Source of the DNA: Chiloscyllium plagiosum | Taxonomy: Eukaryota | DNA length: 64,000 bases | Assembly: GCF_004010195.1 (NCBI RefSeq) | Contig: NC_057717.1 | Span: 106,059,548 to 106,123,547 of the forward strand | Reading direction: 5' to 3' | Shown: positions 1 to 12,300 of the stretch, one piece after another | How positions within the stretch are numbered: the first letter of the stretch is position 1 | How the letters are laid out: each line of letters starts with the position of its first letter | Program-made: the position numbers and the translations under genes | The notes under the pieces: model-generated | The model's input: only the letters and a program-made list of their open reading frames with translations | Databases searched by the model: none | What the model was told of the DNA's origin: nothing

Positions 1-189
1 GGGGTGGGGGAGTTCAGGTGGCGGTTAATATCGCGGCGGCAGTTGGATATGAAGAGGTCGAGGGCAGGTAGGAGGCCAGCACGGGGTGTCCAGGTGGATG
101 GGGTGTGTTGGAGGCGGGAGAAGGGGTCGTCAGAGGGTGGGCGGGAGTCTTGGTTAAAGAAATAGGTGCGGAGGCGAAGGCGGCGGAAG
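1..189 (-). mobile_element. Penelope-like element ORF fragment (N-terminal to RT)
   Basis: GC-rich open frame FRRLRLRTYFFNQDSRPPSDDPFSRLQHTPSTWTPRAGLLPALDLFISNCRRDINR, resembling the R.LRL..FF / S.WTP region of Penelope-type ORFs; abrupt composition change near 190. Confidence 0.65.
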
Positions 190-200
190 CCAAGTCTCAC

Positions 201-302
201 CTGTTTGAAGAGCTGAAGATGTACTGCATGTTGCAGGAAATCCTTCATCCAGGCAGGTTTGTGATTCAAAAATATCTCCTCACAAAATGTGACTGGTTCA
301 TC
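201..302 (-). CDS. DENND1: DENND1 coding exon 15 (102 nt, [34 protein letters not shown])
   Basis: gcttag|GAT...CAG|gtgaga; dDENN P.TFCEE and LQLFKQ motifs. Confidence 0.95.
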
Positions 303-3300
303 CTAAGCATAAAGGAAAACAGACTCCATTACCCCATAGCTTCTCTTCTTTCCCATTTTTTTCCTAGGTTCCTTGAACTGTTACCAATCATTGAATTAAT
401 CTGCATTAAAGGATGCCATTTGGCCCATTGTCAAAGAGCTATCTGATTAGTCTCACTACCCTGTTCTTTCCCCAAAGCTCAGCAGATGCTTCCTCTTTAA
501 GTATTTATCCAACTTACATAAAAAGTCTGTTTTGAATCTGTTTCCAGTGCCATTCTAGCTCTTCATTATCCTCTACCCTTCCCTTGTCCAATGGACAACA
601 GACAAGTAATGATCAGGGGCAGGAACTCTTTCTGTTATAGAAAGCAGCAACAATTGTCCCTCTCGAGATCAGGTTTCTGGGCTGTGGCAGTTTGGACACC
701 ATCATGTCATGCCATGTGACAGCCAAAACATTAAGCTCTCAAGGAAACTACATTAACCCCACGTAAAAATTAATGAGTAAATAATTACATTTCTATAATT
801 TTTGTCATTTTACTCAATCTCTTGGGAAAGTGGACTCACATTTAACATTAATATGTAGGAAAGAATTTATGGTTGAACACTCCGCCCCATCATATCCTTT
901 CTTGTTTCTTTCTATTTTAACATCGGGCCTCTGGCCAATAACCTCTGAATGTTCCTACAGTAACACTAATGCAAGTTTACATTTAAACAGCGCCTGGCTG
1001 TTAACTGTCAATCTTGCCATGTAATTAGCACTGTAAATGAAGTGTACATTTTCCTCCAGAATTTATATTCTTGGCAGTTGTCCTAATGAGTTCAAAACGG
1101 AAAGCTTTGTCAAAATGTATCTTTCCTCAACAACAATCTTTCCTCTGTACAATCAAATGATAACTGTACATTCAAATTAATTTCATTCTCTCTCTAATTA
1201 TTTGCTGTCTCACAATAAGATTTATATGCCCCTTCCTGATATCTTCAAAGTCCTCAGAGTAAAGGTAAAAATTGCTGTTTCCAACAATTGGTGAGTTTGG
1301 GAAAGATGCCTCCATATTGAACATTGAGTCTTCAAGTCTAAGTTGACAGGGTACAGGTGGAAGAGATGGAGTTGGGTCTGAGTGAGTGTGGACACTCACA
1401 GAGTTAAATTTAAGAGCATCCTGATAGCTTCCAAAGATTGCAGCCTGTGCCCTGAGAAAGGCTCTTGCCACCACATCGCCAGTAACTGCGGACTGCTTCT
1501 TCAACTTCATTTTCAGAACGGACACCTGAAACAAACAAAACCTCAGAGGTCAGAGGTCATCGAGGGCAGCCATCAACACTTCCCATTTAAACTCTCACCT
1601 CCTCCCAATTCTTCTCCAGAGATGAATTACTCTTGGCTGAAATCTTAGCCTTTAACCTGCCCTTTTCAGAATCATGGAATGTGGGCATCTCTGATGAGGC
1701 CAGCATTTATTCACCATCCCCAAAGATCCAGAGGACAGTTCAGAATCAGTTATACTGTTGTAGGTCTGGATCACATGTTGGCCAGATTAGGTAAGGAAAG
1801 CAGATTTCCTTTCCGAAAGGACAGTAGTGACCCAGATGGATTTTTGTGACATTGACATTTGTTAGATGGTTGTCGTTAGAAGAGGTTTTCAAATTCCATT
1901 CTTGATAACATTGATTTCAAATTTCACCATCTGCCATGATTGAATTCAAATATATGACCCAGAACATTAGCCTGGTGTTCAGGTTTACTTGTTCAGTGAG
2001 ATTACCATTACCCCACCACCTCCCTCCTTGTAGCCACAGTATTTATATGATTGGTTCAATTCAGTTTCTCGTCAATGGCAACCTCAGGCTGCTGATAGTG
2101 GGGTATTCAATGACGTAAAATCATTGAACATCAAGGAGTGGGCTGCTTGAGTATCAGAGGAGTCATGATTGGTGCTGAATATTGTACAATCATCAATTAA
2201 TATTCTCATTCTGTCCCAATGATGGACGGAAGGTCACTGATGGAACAGCTGAAGATGGTTGGGTAGAGCATTACGTTGAGGAACTCTTGAAGTTACAATC
2301 TGGGATTGAGATGACTGACTTTCAACAACAATCATCTAGTTTTAGTGTGCAAGGAAGGAAGGGAGCAAATTTCTTTTATGTCTGCAAATGCTATAGCCTT
2401 ATCTTTTAAAACTGGTGTGCTGGGCTCTCCCATTGTTGAGGATGGGGGCATTTATAGAGTTTTCTTTCTATGTTGGTTGTTTAATTATCCACACAGAGAG
2501 AGTGAAGACTGCAGATGCTGGTGAGACAGAGTTGATAAGTGTGGCGCTGGAAAAGCACAACAGGTCAGGCAGCATCTGAGGAGCAGGAGAGTCGATGTTT
2601 CGGGCATAAGCCCTTCATCAGGAATGTTTAATTATCCACCACCATTCATAACTAGATGTGACAGGACTGCAGAGCTGATATGTGATATGTTGATTGTATC
2701 TATCCCTTGTTACTTCTACAATTTGGCATGCAAGTAATCCTGTTTTATTGTTTCACCAGGTTGACACCCATTTTCAGTTCCAGCCAGTGCTGTTCCGGCA
2801 TGGTCTCCTATCCTTTTCATTAAACTTGGGTTGATCCAGCCTTGATAGTAATAATAGAGTGGGAGATATACCAGACTGTAAGGTAACAGAAAGTGGCTGA
2901 ATACACTTCTGCTGCTACTGACGGTCCACAATGCCTCATTGATATTCAGTGTTGAATTGCCAGATCTGTTTGAATCCATTCAACATGTCCTCCCTGGAGT
3001 GTTGGAGGCTGAGGGGTGACCTTATAGAGATTTATAAAATCATGAGGAGCATAGCTGGGGTAAATAGACAAGGTCTTTTCCCCTGGGTTGGGGGTATCCA
3101 GAATTGGGGGCATAGGTTTAAGGTGAGAGGGGAAAGATTTAAAAGGAACCTAAGGGGCAACGTTTTCATGCAGAGGGTGGTCTGTGTATGGAATGAGCTG
3201 CCACAGGAAGTGGTGGAGGCTGGTACAATTACAACATTTAAAAGGCATCTGGATGGGTATATGAAAAGGAAGAGTTTAGAGGGATATGGGTCGAGTGCTT

Positions 3301-6300
3301 GCAAATGGGACTAGATTAATTTAGAAAATCTGGTCGGCATGGATGAGTAGGACCGAAGGGTCTGTTTCCGTGTTGTATATCTCTATGACTCTATAACTAC
3401 ACAAGATGATAAGAGTATCCTCAAAATGAAGCTGCACTTTGTCTCCACATGGAGTGTACCGATCACTCTTGCTATAATGGATATGTGTATCTGTGCTAGG
3501 GAGACTGGTGAGACTGAGGTCACATCTGGTTTTCCCTCTTGTTGGTTCCTTTACAACCTGTTGTAGATTCAGCCTGGTAGCAATTTCCTTTAGAACTCAA
3601 CCAGTTCAGTCCATAGTAGTGCTGGCAAGTCACTCTTAGTAGTGGACATTGAAGTCCTCCACCTAGAGTACATTCGAGCCACCTCCGGTCCCAATCCAAG
3701 TGACGTTCAACATGGAATGGAACTGACTGATCAGCCGGGGGTGGGGAACAAGTAGTGAGAGGCTAGATGACAAGCAAGAGATTGGTTTGAGTTATAGAGA
3801 AAGGCTGGATAGACTGAGACTTTTTTCACTGATGTGTAGGAGGTTGAGAGATGGCTTTATCAAAGTCTATAAAATAATGAGGGATATAGATAGAGTTAAT
3901 GTTAGGGTGTCTTTTCCCTAGGATGTGGCATTTCAAAGCAAGGGGCACATTTTTACGGTGAGAGGAGAAAGACTTAAAAAAGACGTGGGGGCAAATATGC
4001 GTCCATGACTTAATGCAATGTGACCTCATGAGGTCTGGTGTCAATGTGGAAGATTCCTAGAGGAACTCCTTCCTTCCCATATACTACTCTGCTGTCACCT
4101 GGGCTGGGGCTATCCTGGCAGTGGGACAGACAATATTCAGAGATAGTGATGGTGGTATCTGAGACATTATGTATAAGATCTGATTCTGTACGTAACTATG
4201 TCAGATTGTTGCTTGACTGCTCTGTCAGATTGAGCTCTCCCACATTTGGCACTAGACTCCAGCTACATTCCCTCTAATTTTGGTTTCTTCTGCAGGTATG
4301 CAGCAGGGATTTCTGAAATGAGAAGCCAACGCTCGGAATGGCATCAGAATGCTGATTGGCATTGCATAGGCCTTCAAAGCAGCGTCTGTGCAGCCTAGAC
4401 AGAACATAGGTCCCCACACATTAGCAAAGAGGACTTGACAGTGTTGATCAGACAGTGTTTGCCCTTGTTGTATCTGCTGAAAATGTGTTGCTGGAAAAGC
4501 GCAGCAGGTCAGGCAGCATCCAAGGAACAGGAGAATCGACGTTTCGGGCATAAGCCCTTCTTCAGGAATGAGGAAAGCCCTCATTCCTGAATAAGGGCTT
4601 ATGCCCGAAACGTCGATTCTCCTGTTCCTTGGATGCTGCCTGACCTGCTGCGCTTTTCCAGCAACACATTTTCAGCTCTGATTTCCAGCATCTGCAGCCC
4701 TCACTTTCTCTCTTGTTGTATCTGCTGCCTGGGTGGTCGAAGCGGTAAGGTTTACTCGTTTTCATTTTTAGAATTCAAAGCAATTTAATGTAACTGCGTG
4801 GTTTGCTCGGCCAAATCAAAGACCATTAAGAATTAATCACTTCACTGTGGGTCTGAAGTTACATGCAGATTGAGTGAGATCAGCAAACCGAGTTTCCTAT
4901 ATTAAAAATCACACAACACCAGGTTATAGTCCAACAGGTTTAATTGGAAGCACACTAGCTTTCGGAGCGACGCTCCTTCATCGACACCTCCAAATCATAG
5001 TTCCCTATGGATCGTAGTGATCTAAATGAGTTTTTATGACAACTGACAATAGTTTTACGATCACTGTAGTCTTCAATTCTAAGTCTGTTACCTGAATTCA
5101 GATTTCACCAGCTGGTGTGAAGGAACTTCTGTGCCCAGGGTTTAGCATAACCTCTGGATTACTAATTCAATAACAAGACTGCCATACTGCTAACTCCCTT
5201 CAGTCACTCTCATTTGCAGTGGAATGTCATGGCTTACTTTGTCACTGTGAACTCACCACATCTGGCGGCAACTTATCCAGATCATTGAATGGCGATTCCA
5301 GTGTATTTGAGTCAACATTTAATATAACCACATCCTCCAGCGCTCTGCTTCTGACTTTCTGCAAAAGAAAGGGATATCTGAAGGAACAAACTTTCATTTC
5401 TCTCATTCGCATTTACTTTGGGAAAGATAGGGATCTGGGATAAAGTTAGGACTGCTGATGCTGGAGATCAGAGTCAAAAAGTGTGGTGCTGGAAAAACAC
5501 AGCCGATCAGGCAGCATCCGAGAAGCAGGAGAGTCGACATTTTGAGCATAAGCCCTTCATCAGGAATGTCTCAGAGTAAACCCATTCAGCAGTGCTACAT
5601 TCACTGTCTTCTCCACAGTCAGTTCTGATACTTCAGTCTGTGTGACCATACCCAATAGACCATTCCCTAACCCTCATATCAATGAGACTCGTGACTGGAA
5701 AACCAATTGTGATAGATTGGGAAATGTTCAGTGTCTTGTCACCTCAAAACACCTCAAAAATGCTTCATTCTGTTATTTGGATTTTGAAATTCAGTGACTA
5801 TTATTATGTAACTTGGTGTGGTGGCCATAATATATACTGAATGGTTCTGAAAACAGGTTATGTTTTGGGTGGAGGTTTATTGGATCAGATACTGGGAGAA
5901 TTTGTTACTCTATTGTGAAGTACCATAAGATCTTTAATATCTGTCTGAACCACTCGATTGCATTCTGAATTTCTGGAATGTGGTTTGAACTCACAATCTT
6001 GTCCTTCTGTTATTGTTTCTTCTGAACACTATTCTGCATGTATCTATTCTATCTGGACTTTTATCCTGTTGCAACAGTGGGAGAAAGCAAAGCAAGTGTC
6101 AGGATAAGGAATGTGTTTCTACAGGAGATGACAGAGACATTGAAGAGCTACCAAAGGTCAAAGTTTGTTCCTTGGCTGTGGTCAGAATATGGAGCTTGGT
6201 GGGAAAAAAGAAACAAACTTTGAGGAATGGCATTTGTCAGCACTACTGAAGAATGAGATAGTGAAACACACTGACCCACTCACCTCCATCAAGCTTGAGT

Positions 6301-9300
6301 GGATCCCTATGACGTAAGGCATTGGAGCACTGGAAGTATAACAGACAAGAGAAAGGGTTAATATGCTGACCTTTCACCTCCAGCATCTGCACTAAACTTC
6401 AACCATTACTGAGATGCCTACTGTTTACCAGCTCTCCCTCTCCAAGTAACAGTAAATGAAAGGATTTCTTACCAGCAGTAATCAAGGAGGTGTGGAGGGA
6501 GCACAGGGATGTAGATATGCTGCCAGTACATGGGATACAGCATCGAGGTTGAGCCGTGTACACAAGCAGTTAACTGTGGAACAGAAAACAAATAGCAATT
6601 TACAAATAGATAAATCACAGAGAATGACTCAAGCTCCTGACTACAACCTGTGGCCACCCTCTGACAAATTGAGGGGCATGTCTTCCCCAATACTGAAGGA
6701 AGAAGACAATGGAGGCTTGAAGATTAAGCAGGGATTAAAGGAGAACAACATGTGAGAGTCTAAAAAGCATGGTGCCAATGATTGAGAAATATTGATGGTG
6801 CTCATCACCACAGCAAAGTGCCAGTGAACACCGCCGTGAGTGTTCTGACTGGGAAGAAGGGAAATTGTTGAGGAAGTTTTTACCTTTCCCATTGCCAACC
6901 TCTGTCCAGTAGGTTGGTGTGGTCCAGAGTGACCAGATGTTCCTCTATACCACACCCATAGTACAAACATTCTCTGAATGCAGGTAATGTAATTGGGATT
7001 GTCCAGGAACACCTATACAGAGGCACCTTCCAACAGCTCTCCACTGACAAGGCTGAGGAGCAAGGAATCCTCCTGATTGTCTTGTCTTAAATTCTAGCCA
7101 CTTTGTTGATCTGGGGTGAGATTAGACAACTCTGAATGGATCAAAGAAAGCTGAATGTTCTGTCAGGGCATCTCAGTTCAAGAATCCATGAACTCTTTAG
7201 ATATAGACTGTCCCTGTAGATCCGATCACAGCTGTACTCTGTAGAGATAGATGGTTGAAGCTGAGTGCTGGAAGAGAATTGGGAAGGGATAGAGATTGAA
7301 GAATGACAGCAGTCTGAGCTGTCACTCACCGTGCTGAGCTTGCTGCAGGTGATAATGATGCGTCTCTCATGTAGCATACTGGCATAGAGGTGCAGCATGT
7401 TGTTCACATCCACAGCAACCACATATTCTGTCAGGTTCCTCTGTAAGCCAAAAATCATTTATACAAAACTGGCCAACAAACAGGAAATGAATTATGCAAA
7501 ATTGGGCAATATCTTATGAGAAAAACTGAATCAATATCAACACAGTAGTCAATAATCCCTCACTTATTTTTGTAACTGAGTAAAACCTTCTTCAGTTTCG
7601 TGTCATTGCACAAAATCATTAATTCAGATCAATTTCCTTTTATGTCTCTGTTCTCTCTCCCTGTACGACATACTGCTACTGCCTGAGACACTCAGAGACT
7701 CATGAAAAATGCAAAGGAACTAGACAGGGCAGATTTCTGAACAGAAGCAGGAGCTATGATCAATCTGGAATATCTTTTCCTACATGGGTTGACTGTTAGG
7801 GTGAGGTGGGGTGCAGGGCGGATTTGGAATAATAATGTATGGAGAATGCAGAAATCCATGCTCATTGTGATTATGATTCTTGATTCTGATATAAATGTAT
7901 TGTAGTTCAGTCAACTCTAACTCCTTCACGCAAAACATTCAGTGGAAGGTTTACTATGTACATTTTGCAGTGATATGAGGTATTTATAGAAAGACGGCTA
8001 TATAATGTCACTCTTAATAGGCCTCTGAACCTCCCAGTAACCTTACCAAAAAACAGCACCTTAAACTCATAAACTAGAATTTCACAGTCCCTATGACTGG
8101 GTTTACAGATTGAGTGTAAAATTCTGGTGTGTGAATAGATGTGACATTATCATCTCCTACTCCAATATCAAGACCTCTTTTCAGGTTTCTTTTCCCAAAT
8201 GGATGCCCCCACCCAGATATCCTCTCCCTGTGCTCTGACCCTGAGAAGCACAGGCCTTCCCAATCCCAATTCTCTGAGCTTCCTATCCTGGCCCTTGCCA
8301 CCTTCAAATAACCTCCCTGCTGACCAGCTCTTACTTATCCTGCAGGGACTGGGTGCCGTTCCAGCAGAGGGTTCACAACTCTTCAGGGAGGGACTAGGAA
8401 GCTGATGCCAACTAGACTGGTGGGACTCCCCAGAGCATTAATTGCCTATGGGGCAGCATGCCTGAGACAGGGTGAATTTCAGTACCTTTTAAGCAATGGG
8501 CAGTAAATACTACCATCTGTAAAATCCTGAACAATGTCTAATAAGTGTTCTATGAGTTCTATGCATTGTTCAATGTTCTTTCTGCCTGACATCAGCGATA
8601 TTCACACATACATGTCTCCAGCGGGGTTCATGGTAATGGGAGCTCTGGCTGGTTGTTATTTGGTGAGATTTGTTGGAAAGCGAATTGGACAGATCTGTGT
8701 GCGCGTGTGTCAATGTACAAATCTATTTTGAGTGTATTTTGCATTCTTTCCCAAGACCTAGAAGCTACTTCTTGCTGATCCCTGATTGCCCTGGATATGA
8801 ATGGCCATTTCAGAGGACAGTTGAGTGTCAATGTGGTCCAGTTAAGGTCCAAACCAGAGGACAGCAATTTTGCTTCTGTCCCTTGAGGACATTAGTGAAG
8901 CAGATACATTTTTACAACAGTCACTTCCACAATTACTGATCAAATTTAAATTCCATTAGCAGCCATTATCGGATTCCAACACGTATTCCCAAAGCATTAG
9001 CCCTGGATTACCAGATCAGTGATATTACCATTCTCCACTGGCTGTGCCTGATATAAATTGAAGGGGTTCCTGCAGGTAGTTTGCCAAACATCGGCCAAGC
9101 AGATTTCCCACTGGGATGATCACTGCCCCAGTCCGGCAGCCCACCACTGCCCCCCAACACTCTGTCATACTTACACTCTCTGGTATAGTAGGTAAGCTGT
9201 TGCTGTCGGGGGCAATAAAATAAGAAAGCTGGAAGGGGAAGAGATCAAAAAGTTATGTTTGTATTTGAAGTTATAAAACATACAGTTTGCAGAGTGTCAT

Positions 9301-12300
9301 TGCTCAGTGTTTGTTGCAATGAGATTAATTTTCAGGAATGTAGTTCCCACAAGGCATTAATGAGAGTAATGAGGCAGTTAACAGAGGTGCAAGGCAAAAG
9401 GATGCTTAATAATGCTGGAGACTGACATCTTCCCCCTCCTGGTTCCTCCCCTCTCCTTCTCTTCTCTCTCCCCATGTCTCCTGTATCCCTTCTCCCCCTT
9501 TTCTCCCATCCCATTTTAATCCATCCCCCACCCACCTTGAAAGGGAGCCTACAGCAGCAGTTTAATCAGGCGATGGAGACAATGGTCAGGCCTAAAGGAC
9601 CTGATGTTCCAGCAATGATTTACTGTTTCCCAATAAGAAATGTCCCAATGTCTTTCTGAAACCTGGTTACAGCTAATATTGCCAACACTGGGACTCATGC
9701 CTCCCTGCAACAGAGGCTGATTCATAGCCTTCAGGCTGTCAACTTCCCTTCTCCAAGGAAGAAATATCAGACTGAACAATAGGTTAACCATGATGATTGA
9801 TCTGTAAGGGAGATGGAGTGCAACCTGTGGGATACCTGGAGGGGAAAGTATCCAATGGTTGCCTCACACAGTCCGAAACGGACTGCTCTGTCCTGGATGG
9901 CCTGTTGCTCCCAAGCTGAGCCAGAGAGAACATGGTCTCTCTTTCACATCTCCCATCTAGATAGCCCCCTTAGGATCTCTGCCTCAGAATCTCCACCCTC
10001 AGGGGCTCCCTTTCAGGTTCTCCACCTCAGGATCTCCCCATCAAGAGCTCCCCATCAGGAGCTCCCCTTCAGGATCTCCATCGGGGTCTCTACCATGCAA
10101 ACTGACTCTATAGTTACCAGGCTTCTATCCTTTGAATTATAAAGACTGAATTGTAGAGTTATATTTGCAAACTAGGAAACCATTGTTAACAAAAGAAAGA
10201 TTGACAATCTGCACAATTAGAGTACGTTAGCCTGCAGACAGCACATTTTTTACACAATAGGAGCACAAGTTGCTAGTTAAGTTGGCCAGCATGCATGGGG
10301 TGCTGCTTGAGGTAAATTAGATTGAAGTTAGGTGCTGTTTGGGTTAATCTGGTCAATTCCAGTATAGTGGCTTTGGTTATCGGGTTTCACCCGACTCACC
10401 GATAGCATACCACTACTAGGATCCCTCTTCTGATCTTTCAGAAACCGTCCTGTTGTAACTCCCAGCTTCTGGGCCTTGTGAAACAGTATTATGTATTATT
10501 TTTCATTCTAAAATATCACATTACAATGTACACACTACCAACTTTATGTTAAACAAAATGCTGCACTTGCTGAGGTGAGCTACAGATCAGTAGGCAGTGC
10601 TCTCACTGAGTCAGAACCTGGGAGCCCTTGTCCCACTCCATAGATATCAGCACATAATCCAGGCAGACACTCTGAGTGCAGTGCTGAGGAAAGGCTGTAT
10701 TGTCAGAGGCACTGTCTTCCAGATCAGACTGCTGGCCTCTTGGGTGTATATAATTCCATGGCATTCTTTCAAAGAAGAGCTGAGGAGTTCTCTTCAGTGC
10801 CCTGGTCAATAATTAACCAACCAGCATTTCAAAAGCAGATCATCTCATCATTGTCACATTGCTGTTTGTGGGAGCTGTTGCTCTGAAAATTGGCTGTTGT
10901 GTTTCTCGAATTACGACAGCAACTACTCTTTGAAGGTACTTTATATCACAAAACATTCCTGAAGAAGGGCTCATGCCCGAAACGTCGATTCTCCTGCTCC
11001 TTGGATGCTGCCTGACCTGCTGCGCTTTTCCAGCAACACATTTTCAGCTCTGATCTCCAGCATCTGCAGCCCTCACTTTCTCCATCACAAAACATTATCA
11101 ACCTGAAATATTCACTCTGTTGACCCTATTTCAATCTGGATTGTAAATAACTTATGGCTATGTTTATAAATCGGGCAGATGTATTTTCCAAAGAAAGTAA
11201 ATGGCCAATTTTAGATGCTCCCCACCTAGAATTACTAAAACCACCCATTGTACTGTACCCTAGTTTATCTCAGGGATTTATGGCAGTTTTGCTGGTTTGT
11301 TTGACTATAGAAAAAGATTTAAAAAGTACATGAGGAGCAGTTTTTTTACAGAGAGAGTGTTTCATGTGTGGAATGAACTGCAGAGGACGTAGTGGTTGCA
11401 GGTACAGTTACAACATTTAAAAGACATTTGGATAAGTCCATGAATAGGGAAGGTTTGGAGGGACAAGAGCTAGGAGTAGGCAGGTGGGACTGGTTTAGTT
11501 TGAGAATATGTTCTGCATGGACTAATTGGACCGAAGAGTCTGTTTCCATACTGTATGACTCTATGACTCTATCCAAAGATGGTATACTGACCAAGTCATA
11601 ATTCCTATTAATCGAAGGTATACAAAATGAACATCGCTTTGCTTTTTTAACAGGCCTATAGTGCACAGTCCAGAAAGTGGGAATGGGGACAGTATGAAAC
11701 GATTGTAGATGTCCTGAGGTTGTGAAAGATGCTAAATAAATGGAGTCTCTTTCGTCTTTTTAACTTACAAGTTCAAGTTTGAGTGGAGAGTCTGGTTGGG
11801 GAGGTGGGTGAATATACAGGATTCTTAAGAGTTCTTTCACTTCATTGTCCTGCAGAAATGAAAACAAAACTTATTATAACACACAAAGAGGTGGCCAGTG
11901 CACTGAGGCAAAGGAGCAAACTCTCAAAAACGTCAGCACGTGGTAAGGTTGGAAGCGTTCTAAAGGGAAGGGGTACAGGTTGGGTGAATTTCCATCATAT
12001 TAGGAGTTTGATTTATTGTTGTCACATGTACCAAGATACGTTGAAAGGTGTTTTGTGTGGTTTACAGGCACATCATACCATACAAAGTGCATCAGGGTAG
12101 CAGAACTCAAAATTCAAACAAACTCACATTAACATGTGTGATACAGTAGATTGACTGAGGTTATAATTTTACACATTGTGATATTTACCTGTCCTTTTGC
12201 CAGGCAGTCAGCGATATTGTTTAGGAGCTTGTAGAAAACTTCAAACCAGGGCAAGAAACTAGAAAATAAATGGAGCAATGAATAAAAGGTTGCAAGGACC

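Noticed and set aside
105..446. Plus-strand 113-aa ORF
   Set aside because: It is an antisense shadow of exon 15 and the Penelope fragment, with no recognisable protein.
4587..4614. Active hammerhead on the plus arm of the 4480 palindrome
   Set aside because: The core reads CTGAATA instead of CTGAAGA (G8 lost).
4480..4711. MITE / DNA transposon interpretation of the palindromes
   Set aside because: TSD length varies (9-16 bp), the arms are unequal, single-arm copies also have TSDs, and the hammerhead core points to Penelope-type retrotransposition.
4252..4765. Recurrent small ORFs ([14 protein letters not shown] / [14 protein letters not shown]) as a gene family
   Set aside because: They are translations of the family A repeat on both strands.
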